Below are positions 32,636 to 35,121 of a DNA stretch of 35,121 bases, in pieces; the stretch's first letter is position 1; each line of letters opens with the position of its first letter. The stretch is taken from positions 1-35,121 of the IMG/VR virus record IMGVR_UViG_3300037419_002054. One strand, 5' to 3'. Source of the DNA: a virus. Lineage: Duplodnaviria > Heunggongvirae > Uroviricota > Caudoviricetes. The translations under genes and the position numbers were made by a program. The notes under the pieces are model-generated. The model was not told the DNA's origin. It made no database searches and saw nothing but the letters and a program-made list of their open reading frames with translations.

Positions 32636-33055
32636 CTATCTGTTGATCAGCTTCTGGAGCAGTCTCCGTAGGCGTCCCGGGGGCGCTTGCTCACCCGGGA
32701 GGCAGTCGAAGACCTCGATCACCCCGCCGATATGGGCGACGGGCAGAAGCAGGCGGGTATTCCCTACCGCGGGGGCATCCGGCTCGTCCTCCGGTTCATC
32801 CCCGCCCTCCTCTTGCTCCTCGTCGTCGAAGAAGTCCACCACGCTGGAGAAGCCGTGGTCATCCTCCATGAGCCAAGGCGCCTGCTCTGCCACTACGTCG
32901 CCCCCGATGATGAGCGCCTTGAGGCGCCCGCGCTGGAACCGGGGGAGGATCTTCTCGAGGGCCAGCGGGCGGCCCCGCTCGTCCGTGACGGGGACGGTCC
33001 GGGAGATCTTCCAGGCCATCCCGCTGTTCATCGAAACGATGACTTGCGTTACCAC
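32636..33055 (-). CDS. hypothetical protein with acidic insert
   Basis: GGAGG RBS before GTG; last gene of the lysis-side operon. Confidence 0.65.
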   Translation of the reverse strand: MVTQVIVSMNSGMAWKISRTVPVTDERGRPLALEKILPRFQRGRLKALIIGGDVVAEQAPWLMEDDHGFSSVVDFFDDEEQEEGGDEPEDEPDAPAVGNTRLLLPVAHIGGVIEVFDCLPGEQAPPGRLRRLLQKLINR

Positions 33056-33077
33056 CGCGACCCCTCCGGGTTTACGT

Positions 33078-33575
33078 CTACGTCTGCGCGGGGAGGACGA
33101 CCTTCGTCCACCGGAGGAAGCGAACCCCCGAACCGAGCCGCCTCCGGTTAGTGCACACCTCCTTCCCCTCGCGGCTGCCCTCGTCGTTCGAGTTCCCCTC
33201 CACCGTCTCGAACCAGCCCTCCCGGACGTTCACCTGCAGCACGAAGCCGATGTGCGCGAAGCGCTTCTGGCTCGCGTGGTAGACCGCGAAGAGATCCCCC
33301 GGGAGCACGTCCTTCGGCTCGACCGCGGGGAACTTCTCCACGTAGCTGGGGACGTAGCCCTGCAGCTTCACGGACTCCAGCGGGGAGATCACCCGCAGGG
33401 TCGTGGCCGCCTGCCTCGCGCACCAGTTGACGAACGCGGCGCACCACGGGTTCCCGGGGCCGAGCCCGGCCTCCTTGAGGAAGGTCTCGACCTCCTTCCC
33501 TCGGTTGTCGCCGCCCACCTCATGAACGCCCAGCTTCGTCTTGGCGATCGCGAGCGTCTGCTCTCTCAGATTCAT
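33078..33575 (-). CDS. CHAP-domain endolysin
   Basis: PWCAAFV, PGDL, AHIGFV, TVEGNS; ATG at 33575. Confidence 0.88.
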   Translation of the reverse strand: MNLREQTLAIAKTKLGVHEVGGDNRGKEVETFLKEAGLGPGNPWCAAFVNWCARQAATTLRVISPLESVKLQGYVPSYVEKFPAVEPKDVLPGDLFAVYHASQKRFAHIGFVLQVNVREGWFETVEGNSNDEGSREGKEVCTNRRRLGSGVRFLRWTKVVLPAQT

Positions 33576-33631
33576 CGTCTTCCCCTTCGGTTCTACGCGA
33601 AGGGCGCCCACCGCGGGCGCCCTCTTTCAGA

Positions 33632-33922
33632 TCACGTGCCCGGGTCCGCCGGCTTCACCGCGGTGTTGTGCGGGTTCGTCTTCACCGCCACGGCTCGCTC
33701 CACGAGGCCGACCACGGAGACCGCGGTGGCGGCGAGGAGGGTCGAGGTGGCGTCGGTCACCAGCTGCGCCCACTCCGCGGGGAGATGCACGCCGGCCTTC
33801 ACCGCGAGGAAGGAGGCGAACGCCACGATGTAGGGGGCCAGCAGCTTGGCCGAGTTCTGCTTCACGAACGCCCCGAGCTTCGAGGCGTTCTCCTTCAGGA
33901 ACGTCACGATCAGGTCCATCAT
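33632..33922 (-). CDS. putative holin
   Basis: About 96 aa, two hydrophobic segments, directly upstream of the endolysin. Confidence 0.6.
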   Translation of the reverse strand: MMDLIVTFLKENASKLGAFVKQNSAKLLAPYIVAFASFLAVKAGVHLPAEWAQLVTDATSTLLAATAVSVVGLVERAVAVKTNPHNTAVKPADPGT

Positions 33923-34263
33923 CTCTCCGGAGGCGTGAACGCCGCGCAGTCCTGCGGCGTTACGTGGAAGTAGTTGCACATCGTCCACTGCCGGGTCTCC
34001 GCCTGCTGCTCACGCAGACGCTTGATCTCCTGCAGGATCGCCGAGTCACCCTGCTGGGCCTCTCGGCGGGCGCTGTCTACCGAGGCGGCGTGCGCCGAAC
34101 GGGTCTCGAGGTCCATCGAGTCGACCGCGGTCCGGGTTGCGGCCTGCACCCCGGTCACCACCATACCGACGAGGGTTGCCGTGGCCACCGCTACCCCGAC
34201 GGCCTTCTCGAACTTCGTGAGCCGGTTCATCCAGGAGTCCTGCTTGGGGCGTCGAGTGGTCAC
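33919..34263 (-). CDS. single-TM coiled-coil lysis-cassette protein
   Basis: AVGVAVATATLVGMVVTGV TM then coiled coil; stop overlaps the holin start. Confidence 0.6.
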   Translation of the reverse strand: MTTRRPKQDSWMNRLTKFEKAVGVAVATATLVGMVVTGVQAATRTAVDSMDLETRSAHAASVDSARREAQQGDSAILQEIKRLREQQAETRQWTMCNYFHVTPQDCAAFTPPER

Positions 34264-34277
34264 GTGAACGCCTCAGT

Positions 34278-34565
34278 CTACTGGTGCGACTCGGCAGCGC
34301 CAACCGCTTCCGGCGCATTTACTTCGGCCGGGAGGACGGGGGGCGCCGGAGCCGGGGGAGCCGACTCGACGTAGAACTCGTTCCGCTGCGGGTCGAACTG
34401 CACCTCCGGGTTGACCATCATCTCGGGGCAGAGCAGCGCGAACATCCGCTGGAGGCGGCCGGAAGCCTGGGCGAAGCGAGCCTTCAGCTCCTCGAACTCC
34501 TGCAGGTCCGGATCGATGAGAGCGCGCTCCTGGGCGGAGAGCTCTCGGAGGACGTGGCGTGTCAT
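34278..34565 (-). CDS. hypothetical protein (95 aa)
   Basis: Short coiled coil with Pro-rich tail. Confidence 0.65.
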   Translation of the reverse strand: MTRHVLRELSAQERALIDPDLQEFEELKARFAQASGRLQRMFALLCPEMMVNPEVQFDPQRNEFYVESAPPAPAPPVLPAEVNAPEAVGAAESHQ

Positions 34566-34585
34566 TTCTCTCGTTGCGTAAAAGG

Positions 34586-34625
34586 GTTGACCCCCGAATC
34601 GTACGACGACGACTCGGGGGTCAAC
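34586..34625. repeat. inverted repeat between late genes
   Basis: GTTGACCCCCGA...TCGGGGGTCAAC 12-bp perfect arms, extending to 15 bp with G-U on the minus strand, then CCTTTT. Confidence 0.7.
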
Positions 34626-34628
34626 AAC

Positions 34629-34988
34629 TCAGATCACGGCCTCGGGAGCCACCGGCAGCTCCGCGGCGTCCGCCGGGGCGGGCAGCGGCTCCTGCGGCTC
34701 CGGCGGCAGGATCGGGTCCTGGGGAGGCTCCGCATACGTGGGCGGGAGCACGGGGGCCGGCGGCTCAGGTAGGACTTCCGCGGCGACCTGGACGACGAGG
34801 TCGAAGCAGGTCGGGCACAGCTCGATCCGATAGCCCGGCCGTTCGAGGAGCCTCTGCAGCGCCGCTGAGAGCCCGGAGGGATCTCCGGAGCCCACTGCCG
34901 CTGCGTGGATGAATACGACCGCGGGGAAGGCGGTCGTTTCGACCGCCAGCCCGCAGCGCGAGCAGACGTAGGACTGAAGGGTCGGCAT
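34629..34988 (-). CDS. zinc-ribbon protein with Pro-rich tail
   Basis: CSRC and CPTC; ATG at 34988 with GGAGG upstream. Confidence 0.65.
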   Translation of the reverse strand: MPTLQSYVCSRCGLAVETTAFPAVVFIHAAAVGSGDPSGLSAALQRLLERPGYRIELCPTCFDLVVQVAAEVLPEPPAPVLPPTYAEPPQDPILPPEPQEPLPAPADAAELPVAPEAVI

Positions 34989-34990
34989 AC

Positions 34991-35121
34991 TTACAGCGGT
35001 CCTCCGCACGGGTTGATGATGTTGACGTTACGCGTCCCGCTGTAGGCGCTGTAGTTGCCCATCTTTACGTGACGCAGCTTGAACGAATAGGGTCCTTCCA
35101 TCCCGGGGAAGCAGTCCGTGG
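34991..35121 (-). CDS. 3' end of a probable tail or host-specificity protein (truncated by window)
   Basis: ...GPYSFKLRHVKMGNYSAYSGTRNVNIINPCGGPL stop; resembles an FN3-type C-terminus. Confidence 0.45.
   Translation of the reverse strand, partial: TDCFPGMEGPYSFKLRHVKMGNYSAYSGTRNVNIINPCGGPL

Noticed and set aside
33917..33922. Met-Met dual start as a lambda-type holin/antiholin switch
   Set aside because: No basic residue between the two Met codons; adjacent ATGs are explained by stop-start overlap
1..35121. Integrase, transposase, CRISPR array or rRNA
   Set aside because: No supporting motifs or repeat structure seen; lifestyle cannot be inferred from this window

Overview
GC-rich (roughly 70% by eye, not computed) fragment of a large tailed bacteriophage genome; no bacterial housekeeping context, host not determinable. 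Positions 1-23.9 kb are a tightly coupled minus-strand replication and nucleotide-modification cluster: sigma-like factor, UvsW-like helicase, helicase loader, DnaB-like helicase, primase, sliding clamp and clamp loader, Gam-like protein, family A polymerase with a UDG-like N-terminus, UvsY-, SSB- and RecA-like proteins, resolvase, ThyX and a MazG-like pyrophosphatase. Woven through it is a complete preQ0 (7-cyano-7-deazaguanine) pathway (folE, queD, queE, queC), a VUT-family precursor transporter and three TGT-fold transglycosylases. Two of these are tandem paralogues coupled to the polymerase gene, and both end in a motif resembling T4-type sliding-clamp-binding peptides. An AT-rich, hairpin-rich switch region near 24.1-24.25 kb (candidate origin) is followed by plus-strand early-type genes behind repeated sigma70-like promoters. 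Next comes an RNA cluster: tmRNA with an unusually long tag, tRNA-Lys(CTT), a 169-nt expanded tRNA-like RNA, an atypical tRNA-His(GTG) and further structured RNAs. The window ends in a minus-strand lysis cassette and the end of a probable tail gene. Product calls come from motifs recognised by eye; no database searches were run.
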